A stretch of 32,000 nucleotides of DNA from an uncultured Actinomycetes bacterium (lineage in GTDB: Bacteria; Actinomycetota; Actinomycetes; Streptosporangiales; Streptosporangiaceae): contig CAVWBH010000001.1 in NCBI GenBank assembly GCA_963753195.1, positions 1,057,499-1,089,498 on the forward strand. Direction: 5' to 3'. The first letter of the stretch is position 1, and the number at the start of each line of letters is the position of its first letter. A program made the translations under genes and the position numbers. Positions 9,143 through 17,854 of the stretch are shown piece by piece. Below the pieces are notes generated by a model. That model ran no database searches and had not been told where the DNA came from. It saw nothing but the letters and a program-made list of their open reading frames with translations.

Positions 9143-9952
9143 GTGAGGATCAAGATGAGTGACAACCAAGCGGTCCTGGTAGAGCGGATCGGACGGGTCA
9201 TGGTGGCCACGATCAACCGGCCGGAGGCCCGTAACGCGGTGAACCGGGACGTCGCGTCGGGTCTTGGCCACGCGCTGGAGGAAGCCGATACCGACGATCA
9301 GATCTGGGTGTTCATCGTGACCGGGGCCGGGGACCGCGCGTTCTGCGCGGGGGCTGACCTGAAAGCGCTCAGCCAGGGCGACCGGAGGCAGCCCGATGAT
9401 CCCCGCGAGCTGGCCTGGGGTTTCGGCGGGTATACCCGTCATCCCATCAGCAAGCCGACCATCGCCGCCGTCAACGGGTTCGCGCTCGGCGGAGGGAGCG
9501 AGATCTCGCTGGCCAGCGACATGATCGTGGCCGCCGAGACCGCGAGTTTCGGGCTCCCGGAGGTTAAGCGGGGCATCATCGCCGCCGCGGGCGGCGCGTT
9601 CCGGCTGCCGCAACAGCTGCCGAAGAAGGTCGCGATGGAGATGATCATGACCGGCGAGCGCATCAGCGCCCAGCGAGCCTACGAGCTCGGATTCGTGAAC
9701 CGCGTTGTCGAACACGGCAAGGCCCTGGAAGGGGCGCTCGAACTCGCCCAGTCGATCTGTGTCAATGCCCCGCTGGCGGTCCAGGCCTCCAAGCGCATCG
9801 CCAACGGGATCATCGACGGGCAAGTCAGCGCCGAAGATGCGGCCTGGGCCCTGAACGACACCGAGACCAGGGCCGTCATGACTTCCGCCGACGCGAAGGA
9901 AGGTCCGCTCGCCTTCGCCGAGAAGCGAGACCCGGTCTGGCAGGCGCGTTAA
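9143..9952 (+). CDS. Enoyl-CoA hydratase/isomerase (crotonase) family protein
   Basis: Motifs INRPEARNAVN, FCAGADLK and AAVNGFALGGGSEISLASDM. The start is either GTG 9143 or ATG 9155; both have GAGGA upstream. Confidence 0.85.
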   Translation: MRIKMSDNQAVLVERIGRVMVATINRPEARNAVNRDVASGLGHALEEADTDDQIWVFIVTGAGDRAFCAGADLKALSQGDRRQPDDPRELAWGFGGYTRHPISKPTIAAVNGFALGGGSEISLASDMIVAAETASFGLPEVKRGIIAAAGGAFRLPQQLPKKVAMEMIMTGERISAQRAYELGFVNRVVEHGKALEGALELAQSICVNAPLAVQASKRIANGIIDGQVSAEDAAWALNDTETRAVMTSADAKEGPLAFAEKRDPVWQAR

Positions 9953-9975
9953 CCCAGGCAGCCGAGCTGGAACAT

Positions 9976-10015
9976 GGTGCGCAGGCCCTCGTCCTGCGGC
10001 GAGGGCCTGCGCACC
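9976..10015 (+). terminator. Stem-loop downstream of the crotonase gene (16-bp perfect stem, 8-nt loop)
   Basis: GGTGCGCAGGCCCTCG-tcctgcgg-CGAGGGCCTGCGCACC begins 24 nt after the stop codon. There is no trailing U-tract, which is common in high-GC actinomycetes. Confidence 0.5.
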
Positions 10016-10156
10016 ACGCTGCCCGCCCCGCTGTGGTCGCGTTTCACGGCCGGCTTATCGGCCGCCCGAAACATTTGGACACGGTATTTCCTGTTCGCTA
10101 AGAGTGTTGCTTCATAGCGGCTCGTCCCGAGATTGGCGGAGACGTAGCCTATAGAC

Positions 10157-11050
10157 GTGACGGCGACCCTTGATTGGTACGGCTGTGCCACATTCCGGCT
10201 GACTGTCGGCGAGCTCGTTGTTTTCCTGGATGCCTACATCGACCGGGCCGAAGGGGCGGCGGGCACGGGGCTAACCGCAGGTGACATCGACCGATGTGAC
10301 TTCGTAGTGGTCGGCCATTCGCATTTCGATCACCTCTGGGGGGCAGAGCGAATTGCCCGGAACACCGGGGCGACGATCATCGGTAGTTTTGAGACCGTCC
10401 GTGTCATGCAGACCCAGGGTGTCCCGCTCGCCCAGCTCATGCCCGTCGCGGGCGGGGAGCGCATCCGGCTGGCTGATGAGGTGTCAGTCTCGGTTTACCC
10501 GTCGCTGCACTCCTGCATCTGGTCCCATGCGTCGGCACGCGACCCAAGCGAGGTCTGCCTCGGTGATCTCGGGGTGCGGTACCAGGATCGGCAGGCGCGG
10601 CTCGCTGAGATGGGACGTCGGCTGGAATCCCTTGGCCCGGCGGTCGCCGAGCACCTCCAGGGCAGCGAGCAGGGCGCCCGGGGGGACGGCGGCGCTCTGT
10701 GCTACGTCTTCGACACGCCCGGTGGACGGTTGTTCTACCAGGACACCTCCGGTTACTGGACCGGAATGGTGCAGGGGATCCGCCCCGACGTCGCCATCAT
10801 CGCCGCAGCCGGCCGGGGCAACATCGACGGTGAGCCGATCCAGGGCTCGCTGGCCCAGTTTGTCGGCCGGGAAGCCGCGCTGCTACGCCCCCGGCGGATT
10901 GTCCTAGGCCACCACGACAACTGGCTCCCTGGATTTTCCGCCGCCACCGACGTCGCCCCGTTCCGCGAGGAACTCACCCGGTTCACGCCCGGTGTGGCCT
11001 TGGACGAGCTCGGCTACCTGGACGGCCACGAGATCTTCGGCGGCCGGTAG
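10157..11050 (+). CDS. MBL-fold metallo-hydrolase
   Basis: Has the HxHxDH motif (VVGHSHFDHLWG) and a later HHDNW. GTG start at 10157. Confidence 0.8.
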   Translation: MTATLDWYGCATFRLTVGELVVFLDAYIDRAEGAAGTGLTAGDIDRCDFVVVGHSHFDHLWGAERIARNTGATIIGSFETVRVMQTQGVPLAQLMPVAGGERIRLADEVSVSVYPSLHSCIWSHASARDPSEVCLGDLGVRYQDRQARLAEMGRRLESLGPAVAEHLQGSEQGARGDGGALCYVFDTPGGRLFYQDTSGYWTGMVQGIRPDVAIIAAAGRGNIDGEPIQGSLAQFVGREAALLRPRRIVLGHHDNWLPGFSAATDVAPFREELTRFTPGVALDELGYLDGHEIFGGR

Positions 11051-11084
11051 CATATCGGCGGCGTATCGGAAACCACATACGGGC
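11043..11084. repeat. Left copy of the ~41-bp direct repeat bracketing the van cassette; contains TATCGG-N5-TATCGG (candidate VanR operator upstream of vanH)
   Basis: gccggtagcatatcggcggcgtatcggaaaccacatacgggc aligned to 15662-15702 gccggtgtatatcgtcggcataccgaaaaccacagacgggc. 34/39 aligned positions are identical, with one 3-vs-2-nt indel. It spans the MBL stop codon and ends 31 nt before the vanH ATG. Confidence 0.8.
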
Positions 11085-11114
11085 CGGCAACACCATGCTG
11101 CCTTGACTGGGGGC

Positions 11115-12155
11115 ATGACCTACAGCGAACCGGCACTATCAGAGGCCTGCCGCACGCGATCGCTGGCGTCCCCGTCCTCCTCGGCGGTCCCGGCCACGGG
11201 AATCACGATTTACGGATGCGGGCAGGACGAGGCCGTTTTGTTCCGGGAGATAGCGCCTCGCCTTGGCGTGATGCCAACTATCACAGAGGCAGCGGTATCT
11301 GAAGCCAATATTGAGCTGGCTTCCGGAAACCGGTGCATCAGCGTCGGCCACAAGACTCAGATCACGAATTTCACTCTTCTTGCGCTCAGCCGCGCCGGCG
11401 TAACGTACATCTCCACGCGAAGCATTGGATATAACCATATCAATGTGAAATACGCGGAGAGCGTCGGCATTTCCGTCGAGAACGTCGCCTATTCGCCCGA
11501 CAGCGTGGCCGACTACACGCTGATGCTCATGCTGATGGCGGTGCGCAATGCAAAATCCATAATCCGCCGTGCGGATATTCATGATTACAGATTGAATGAT
11601 GTACGCGGGAGAGAACTGCGCGATCTGACCATCGGGGTAATCGGGACAGGACGCATTGGTGCCGCGGTCATGGACAGGCTGCGGGGGTTCGGCTGCCGGA
11701 TACTGGCCTATGACAGGCGTCCCAAGACCGCTGCCGATTACGTTCCTCTTGATGAATTGCTGCAGCTGAGCGACGTGGTAACGCTCCATACACCGCTTAA
11801 CGCGGACACGCACCATCTCTTGAATCGCCGGCGTATCGAGCAGCTGAAGCACGGCGCGTTCATTATCAATACTGGACGCGGTTCACTTCTCGATACGGAG
11901 GCCCTTATCCCGGCACTGGAAAGCGGCAGACTGGGCGGTGCGGCGCTGGATGTCCTCGAGGGAGAGGAAGGAATATTCTACGCCGACCGAAGGAACGAGC
12001 CCATTGAGAGCAAGCCGCTGTTGCGGCTGCAAGAGCTGCCGAATGTGCTTATCAGTCCGCACACGGCCTACTACACGGACCACGCCCTGAGCGACATTGT
12101 TGAAAACAATATCATCAACTGCCTGAAATTTGAAAGGCGAAATCGGCATGGATAA
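11115..12155 (+). CDS. vanH: D-lactate (2-hydroxyacid) dehydrogenase VanH
   Basis: Collinear by eye with enterococcal VanH as I recall it (ITIYGCGQDEA..., CISVGHK, YISTRSIGYNHI, VAYSPDSVADYTLMLMLMAVRN, GVIGTGRIG, VTLHTPLNADTHH, INTGRGSLLDT, GGAALDVLEGEEGIFY, ISPHTAYYT, FERRNRHG). The stop overlaps the vanA start (ATGGATAA). ATG 11115 is the only canonical in-frame start downstream of the MBL gene. Confidence 0.92.
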   Translation: MTYSEPALSEACRTRSLASPSSSAVPATGITIYGCGQDEAVLFREIAPRLGVMPTITEAAVSEANIELASGNRCISVGHKTQITNFTLLALSRAGVTYISTRSIGYNHINVKYAESVGISVENVAYSPDSVADYTLMLMLMAVRNAKSIIRRADIHDYRLNDVRGRELRDLTIGVIGTGRIGAAVMDRLRGFGCRILAYDRRPKTAADYVPLDELLQLSDVVTLHTPLNADTHHLLNRRRIEQLKHGAFIINTGRGSLLDTEALIPALESGRLGGAALDVLEGEEGIFYADRRNEPIESKPLLRLQELPNVLISPHTAYYTDHALSDIVENNIINCLKFERRNRHG

Positions 12156-13194
12156 GCTTAGGGTCGGTATCATATTCGGGGGCTGTTCAGAAGAACATCC
12201 CGTCTCCGTCAAGTCTGCGCAAGAGGTCGCAAAGAACCTCGATACCGAAAAGTATGAACCGTTCTATATCGGGATTACGAAGAGCGGCGCCTGGAAGCTC
12301 TGTGACGGCCCTGGCACAGACTGGGAGAACGGCAGTTGCCGTCCGGCCGTCCTGTCACCGGACAGAAGCGCACACGGATTGATTGTCCTGGAGGAGGGAC
12401 AATACGAGGCGATCAGCCTGGACCTGGTGCTGCCCGTCCTGCACGGCAAACTCGGCGAGGATGGCGCGATGCAAGGTCTGCTGGAGCTCTCCGGCATCCC
12501 CTACGCAGGCTGCGATGTCCAAAGTTCTGCCCTGTGCATGGACAAATCCCTTGCTTACATCGTCGCCAGGAGCACGGGAATCGCTACGCCGAATTTCTGG
12601 GCCGTCACCGCGAACGAGAATATCGATACCGACCGGCTAACCTATCCCGTCTTCGTAAAGCCAGCCCGTTCAGGGTCATCCTTCGGCGTCAGCAAGGTAT
12701 CCCGGAAAGAAGAGCTGGCGAGCGCGATGGAAACTGCGAGGCAGTACGACACGAAGGTGCTGATTGAAGAGGCTGTCGTCGGCAGCGAGGTCGGATGCGC
12801 CATTCTGGGAAACGATACGGATCTGATTGCGGGCGAGGTAGACCGAATCTCGCTATCTCATGGCTTTTTCAGAATCCATCAGGAAAGTGCGCCTGAAAGC
12901 GGTTCCGAAAACTCAACTCCGATCGTTCCCGCTGACATTTCGGCAGAGTCGCGCTCGCTCGTCCAGGAGACAGCCAAGGCCGTATACCGCGCCCTGGGAT
13001 GCAGGGGACTATCGCGAGTGGACATGTTCCTCAAAGAAGACGGAGAAGTAGTCCTTAACGAGGTTAACACCCTACCTGGCATGACCTCATACAGCCGTTA
13101 TCCGAGAATGATGGCAGCCGCAGGGTTGTCGCTTGCCGAAGTGATCGACCGGATGGTGTCGCTGGCATTGACGGGAAGAGCCGATGAAAGATGA
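12148..13194 (+). CDS. vanA: D-alanine--D-lactate ligase VanA-type
   Basis: Motifs FGGCSEEHPVSVKSA, YIGITKSGAWKLC, HGKLGEDGAMQGLLELSGIPYAGCDVQSSALCMDKSLAY, YPVFVKPARSGSSFGVSKV, EVGCAILGN, the omega-loop FRIHQE...GSEN, and NEVNTLPGMTSYSRYPRMMAAAG. It is translationally coupled to vanH and vanX. Confidence 0.95.
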   Translation: MDKLRVGIIFGGCSEEHPVSVKSAQEVAKNLDTEKYEPFYIGITKSGAWKLCDGPGTDWENGSCRPAVLSPDRSAHGLIVLEEGQYEAISLDLVLPVLHGKLGEDGAMQGLLELSGIPYAGCDVQSSALCMDKSLAYIVARSTGIATPNFWAVTANENIDTDRLTYPVFVKPARSGSSFGVSKVSRKEELASAMETARQYDTKVLIEEAVVGSEVGCAILGNDTDLIAGEVDRISLSHGFFRIHQESAPESGSENSTPIVPADISAESRSLVQETAKAVYRALGCRGLSRVDMFLKEDGEVVLNEVNTLPGMTSYSRYPRMMAAAGLSLAEVIDRMVSLALTGRADER

Positions 13195-13792
13195 TTTTGT
13201 CTTTATAGACGAGTTCGTGTCCGGAGTACGCTGGGATGCTAAGTACGCCACGTGGGATAACTTTACCGGCAAACCGGTGGACGGATATCTGGCCAATCGG
13301 ATTCTCGGTACGAGCGCTTTGTGCGCGGCCCTGGAAAGAGCCCGAGAAGAAGCCGCATCCCTTGGCTTTGGCTTGCTTCTTTGGGACGGTTACCGCCCGC
13401 AACGCGCCGTAGATTGCTTTCTGCGCTGGTCAAGGCAGCCGGAGGATGGCCGGACAAAGCTGCGGCACTATCCGAATATTGACAGAGCCATGATGTTTGA
13501 AAAAGGATACGTGGCCGCAAAGTCGGGCCACAGCCGGGGCAGCGCCGTTGACTTGACGCTCTATCACCTGGCGACAGGTGAGCTTGCCCCCATGGGCGGT
13601 GACCATGACTTGATGGATTCAATCTCGCATCATGGAGCGAAAGGCATCACGCGAAGCGAGGCGAGAAACCGTCAATACCTTTGCTCCATCATGAAGGCGT
13701 GCGGTTTTGGCTCATATGATTGCGAGTGGTGGCATTACACACTGGAAGGCGAACCTTATCCAGACACCTATTTTGATTTTCCCATCACATAG
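13184..13792 (+). CDS. vanX: D-Ala-D-Ala dipeptidase VanX
   Basis: 202 aa. Motifs GVRWDAKYATWDNFTGKPVDGY and LLLWDGYRPQRAV, plus the Zn-site motifs SGHSRGSAVDLTLY and EWWHYTL, ending YFDFPI. The start overlaps the vanA end by 11 nt. Confidence 0.95.
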   Translation: MKDDFVFIDEFVSGVRWDAKYATWDNFTGKPVDGYLANRILGTSALCAALERAREEAASLGFGLLLWDGYRPQRAVDCFLRWSRQPEDGRTKLRHYPNIDRAMMFEKGYVAAKSGHSRGSAVDLTLYHLATGELAPMGGDHDLMDSISHHGAKGITRSEARNRQYLCSIMKACGFGSYDCEWWHYTLEGEPYPDTYFDFPIT

Positions 13793-13847
13793 TTGAGCGC
13801 GGTCGCCGAGCGACGTAGGTCCGCCTCATGAGTCCTTCCCCTGGTCG

Positions 13848-14949
13848 TCATCTGCCGGTGTGCGGAGCCGCGATGGGCAGTTGCACCGTGACGCAGAGCC
13901 CTCCGGCGGCCGGCGGGGCGAGGGCAAGGGTTCCGTCGTGTGCTTGGGTGATGCTCTTGACGATGGCCAGGCCGAGGCCGACACCTGCATGGTCACCACG
14001 TATGCGTTCAGTGCCGCGCTGGAACGGTTCGGTGAGGGTCGAGACCACCCGCGGGCTGAGCTTGACGCCGGTGTTCTTGACAGTGAGCATCACAGACTCG
14101 GCGCGGATGGCGGTGCTGAGCTGCACGGTGCCGTGTTCGGGGAGGTTGTGGACGATGGCGTTGTGCAGGAGGTTCGTGGTCATCTGCAGCAGGAGCGCGT
14201 GGGAGCCGACGGTGGGGGTGATGTCCCCGGAGGTCTCGATGGTGACGCCGTGCTTTTCCGCGAGCGGGAGGAGCGTTTCTGCGGCTTCTTCCGCGATGAG
14301 GGACAAGTCGACGTGTTCCCGGGTGAAGGATCGCTGGCCGGCGCGGCTGAGCAGAAGCAATGCTTCGGTGAGATCGATCGCCCGGGTGTTGACGGCGCGG
14401 AGGCGGTCGTCGAGCTCGCCGCGGTCGCGGTTCGGATCGCCGCGGGCGACGTCGAGCAGGGCCTGCGTGATCGCCAGCGGGGTGCGCAGTTCGTGGGAGG
14501 CGTTGGCCGCGAACCTCTGCTCTTCGGCGACGTGCGCTTCGAGCTGTGTGAGCATGATGTCGAAGGCGTCGGCGAGTTCGCGGAACTCATCGCTGCGGCC
14601 CGGTAGCCGGATTCGGTGTGAGAGCGTTCCGGTCGCGGCTATTCGTGTGGCGTCTGTGATGCGAGCCAGGGGGGCAAGCATGCGCCCGGCGAGAATCCAC
14701 CCACCCAGGAGACCGAATACCAGCAGGAACGCCAGGACTGCGGCGGCCGCTTGGCCGAAGGCTCGCTGGGGGATGTCGCGGCCTGGAGCGAACGCCCCGC
14801 CGATGCCAGATCTTGTGGTTCTGATGACCGCCGCGTCGGAGAAGTATCGTTGGAGGATCACCCACAGGGCGAGCAGCAAGGCACCCGCGAGCACGAGGAA
14901 TCCGGCGTAGCTGAGGGTGAGTTTGAGGCGGACGCTCAAACCAGGGGCT

Positions 14950-14957
<8 letters not shown>
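13848..14957 (-). CDS. vanS: Sensor histidine kinase VanS
   Basis: Two TM helices flank a ~34-aa external loop. Followed by HAMP, the H-box ASHELRTPL, the N-box LLHNAIVHN and G-box GVGLGLAIV. I chose the GTG at 14957 (369 aa) because it overlaps the vanR stop (GTGGATAG) and follows AGGAG. The longer ORF to 15173 overlaps vanR. Confidence 0.88.
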
Positions 14958-15645
<688 letters not shown>

Positions 15646-15661
15646 GCTCTTAAGGCTACGA

Positions 15662-15702
15662 GCCGGTGTATATCGTCGGCATACCGAAAACCACAGACGG
15701 GC
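15662..15702. repeat. Right copy of the ~41-bp direct repeat; lies between the vanR start and the SDR stop (candidate VanR operator / vanR promoter region)
   Basis: See the left copy. It contains TATCGT (15671-15676) and TACCGA (15682-15687), 11 bp apart. It starts 17 nt upstream of the vanR ATG (minus-strand sense). Confidence 0.8.
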
Positions 15703-15711
15703 TGCGCTGAT

Positions 15712-16539
15712 TCAGCGGCCGGTGAGGGTTCCGCCGTTGACGCTGTAGAGCTGGCCCGTGATCCAGGAGCCCTGGTCCGAGCACAGGTAGACGGTCATCC
15801 AGGCGATGTCCTCGCCGGAGCTGGCGCGTCCCAGCGGCACGCGCGCCACGAAGTCGTCCCATTGCTGGCCGCGCGGAATGTCATCCAGGCGGTACGTATC
15901 GACGATGCCGGGACAGATCGCGTTGACACGCACGCGGGAACGGCCGAGCTCAGATGCCATCGCGCAGGTGAGGGCGTGGATGCCGGCCTTGGACGCCGAG
16001 TACGCGGCCGTGCTGGCCGACATCATCTTCCCGGCGTCCGACGAGATGTTGACGATACTGCCGCCGTTGCCTTGCTCGGCGAGGGCCCGGCCGAAGGCGC
16101 GGCTCATGTAGAAGGTGCCGTTGAGGTTTACGTCGATGACGGTCCGCCAGAGGTCGACGTCGAGGTCGATCACCGGTACCCGGTCCGCGCCGCGCGCCGC
16201 GGCCGCGTTGTTCACGATGATGTCGACTCGTCCGAAGGTGCCGAGCACCTCGGCCAAGAGGCGGTCCACCGCCCCGGGATCAGACACGTCGCTGATCACC
16301 GGGAGCGCGCGGCGGTCCAGCGCCCGCACCTCCTCGGCGACCGAGTCGATGTCACGCCACCCGGCCTGTTTCTCGTCGTCTGGATACCGCTCCGGTGCGC
16401 GCCCGGTGCCAGTGAGCACCACGTCACAGCCGGCCCGGGCCAGCTCCGCGGCGATCGGCCGCCCGATCGAGCGCATCCGGCCGGCGCCGGTGACCACGGC
16501 GACCTTGCCCTCTAGTCCGGTCAGCGTGAGTCCCGTCAT
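15712..16539 (-). CDS. SDR family oxidoreductase
   Basis: Motifs VAVVTGAGRMRSIG (cofactor-binding Gly motif), NNAA and the catalytic YSASKAG. I chose the internal ATG at 16539 (MTGLTLTGLEGK). Confidence 0.85.
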   Translation of the reverse strand: MTGLTLTGLEGKVAVVTGAGRMRSIGRPIAAELARAGCDVVLTGTGRAPERYPDDEKQAGWRDIDSVAEEVRALDRRALPVISDVSDPGAVDRLLAEVLGTFGRVDIIVNNAAAARGADRVPVIDLDVDLWRTVIDVNLNGTFYMSRAFGRALAEQGNGGSIVNISSDAGKMMSASTAAYSASKAGIHALTCAMASELGRSRVRVNAICPGIVDTYRLDDIPRGQQWDDFVARVPLGRASSGEDIAWMTVYLCSDQGSWITGQLYSVNGGTLTGR

Positions 16540-16679
16540 GGTCGCCGAGTCTGCCAGTTGCCTGGATCCTCCGCAATGGCCGGATGCTCCGCCGAAATCC
16601 CTAGCGAGACGCCTCTGCCGCGTGAGGCCGGACCGGCCTCGGTAGCTTGTTATGCCAGTGACCATTGAGAGGAAATGTC

Positions 16680-17795
16680 ATGGTTGTGCCGCTTGCTGCC
16701 CGCGCGGTGATCGCGGTTGTCGGCGCCCTGCTCGTACTCAGCACGTGGGGGAGCCTAATCGGCACGCTTATTGTGCCCCGTCCGGCCGGTGACCGGCTGA
16801 CCCGCTGGGTCGACCGGATCGTCAACTCGGCGTTTCGCTTGGTCACCAGTCGCATCGCCGATCATAGGCAGCGTGACCGGGTGCTTGCCGCGCAGGCGGC
16901 CGCCGTCCTGCTAGCTCAGCTGGCGGCCTGGCTGGCGATCTTCTTCGTCGGCTATGCGCTGCTGCTGTGGCCGTTCATCGACACCGGGCTGGGGTCAGCG
17001 TTCAGCGTGGCCAGCCCCGAGGTGTTCGGCCCCAACGAAGCTGTGGGCAATGCAGAGAAAGTGCTCGCGGATCTGGCCGCCTTCACGGGGCTGGTAGCCG
17101 TCACGCTGCAGATCGCCTACTTGCCCACCTTGTATTCGGAGTTCAACCGGCGGGAGAACGAGGTAGCCCTGCTGAACGCCCGGGCCGGGGTTCCCTCCTG
17201 GGGGCCGGAGCTGCTGGCGCGTACCCATTACGCCCTGGGGTCGGGAGCGTCCACCATCCATACCCTGCCCGATCTTTACGCGCAGTGGGAGAACTGGGCG
17301 GCTGAGGTGGCGGAGAGTCACACCACGTACCTGCCGCTGGTGCGGTTCCGTTCCCCCCGGCCGCTGTCGTCGTGGGTCATAGCGCTGCTGGCGGTGCTGG
17401 ACTCGGCAGCGCTCTACCTCGCGCTGTGCCCGGAGGCCGCGCCAGTGGTGCCCGCCCGGCTTTGTCTGCGGGGCGGGTTCGAGTGCCTCACCCGGGTCGC
17501 GAGGGCGATGGGCCTCGACGTCCCGGAGGTGGTCGACCCGGCCGTCGGGATCACCCTCAGCTACGACGACTTCCTCGGCGCGGTCGCCCATATGCGGGCG
17601 GTCGACTTCCCGATCGAGCGAGACCCCGCCGACGCCTGGCCGGACTTCGTCGGCTGGCGGGTCAACTACGAGCAGGCTGCCTATGCGGTAGCGGCCGCGA
17701 TCGATGCCGTCCCGGCGATGTGGTCGGGTCCGCGACGGCGCCGGGTTGCTGCCGTCGCCCCCATCCGGCCACCGCTCGGACGGCCGCCCAGCTAA
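16680..17795 (+). CDS. Hypothetical integral membrane protein
   Basis: Several predicted TM helices in the N-terminal half, and good GC3 coding bias. ATG 16680 is preceded by GAGAGGAAA; an alternative TTG lies at 16665. No family recognised. Confidence 0.55.
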   Translation: MVVPLAARAVIAVVGALLVLSTWGSLIGTLIVPRPAGDRLTRWVDRIVNSAFRLVTSRIADHRQRDRVLAAQAAAVLLAQLAAWLAIFFVGYALLLWPFIDTGLGSAFSVASPEVFGPNEAVGNAEKVLADLAAFTGLVAVTLQIAYLPTLYSEFNRRENEVALLNARAGVPSWGPELLARTHYALGSGASTIHTLPDLYAQWENWAAEVAESHTTYLPLVRFRSPRPLSSWVIALLAVLDSAALYLALCPEAAPVVPARLCLRGGFECLTRVARAMGLDVPEVVDPAVGITLSYDDFLGAVAHMRAVDFPIERDPADAWPDFVGWRVNYEQAAYAVAAAIDAVPAMWSGPRRRRVAAVAPIRPPLGRPPS

Positions 17796-17854
17796 TCAAC
17801 GCGGAGCGAGACGATAGGTAGGTTGCAGACTGGTCCCATGGGAGGGCGATGATT

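Noticed and set aside
8813-9823. 336-aa minus-strand ORF overlapping the crotonase gene
   Set aside because: It is the shadow frame of a gene with clear crotonase motifs on the + strand.
10992-11114. N-terminal extension of the vanH ORF to 10992 (387 aa)
   Set aside because: It would overlap the last 59 nt of the MBL-hydrolase gene and read through the conserved repeat/operator. The extension has no similarity to VanH. ATG 11115 is the first start downstream of the MBL stop.
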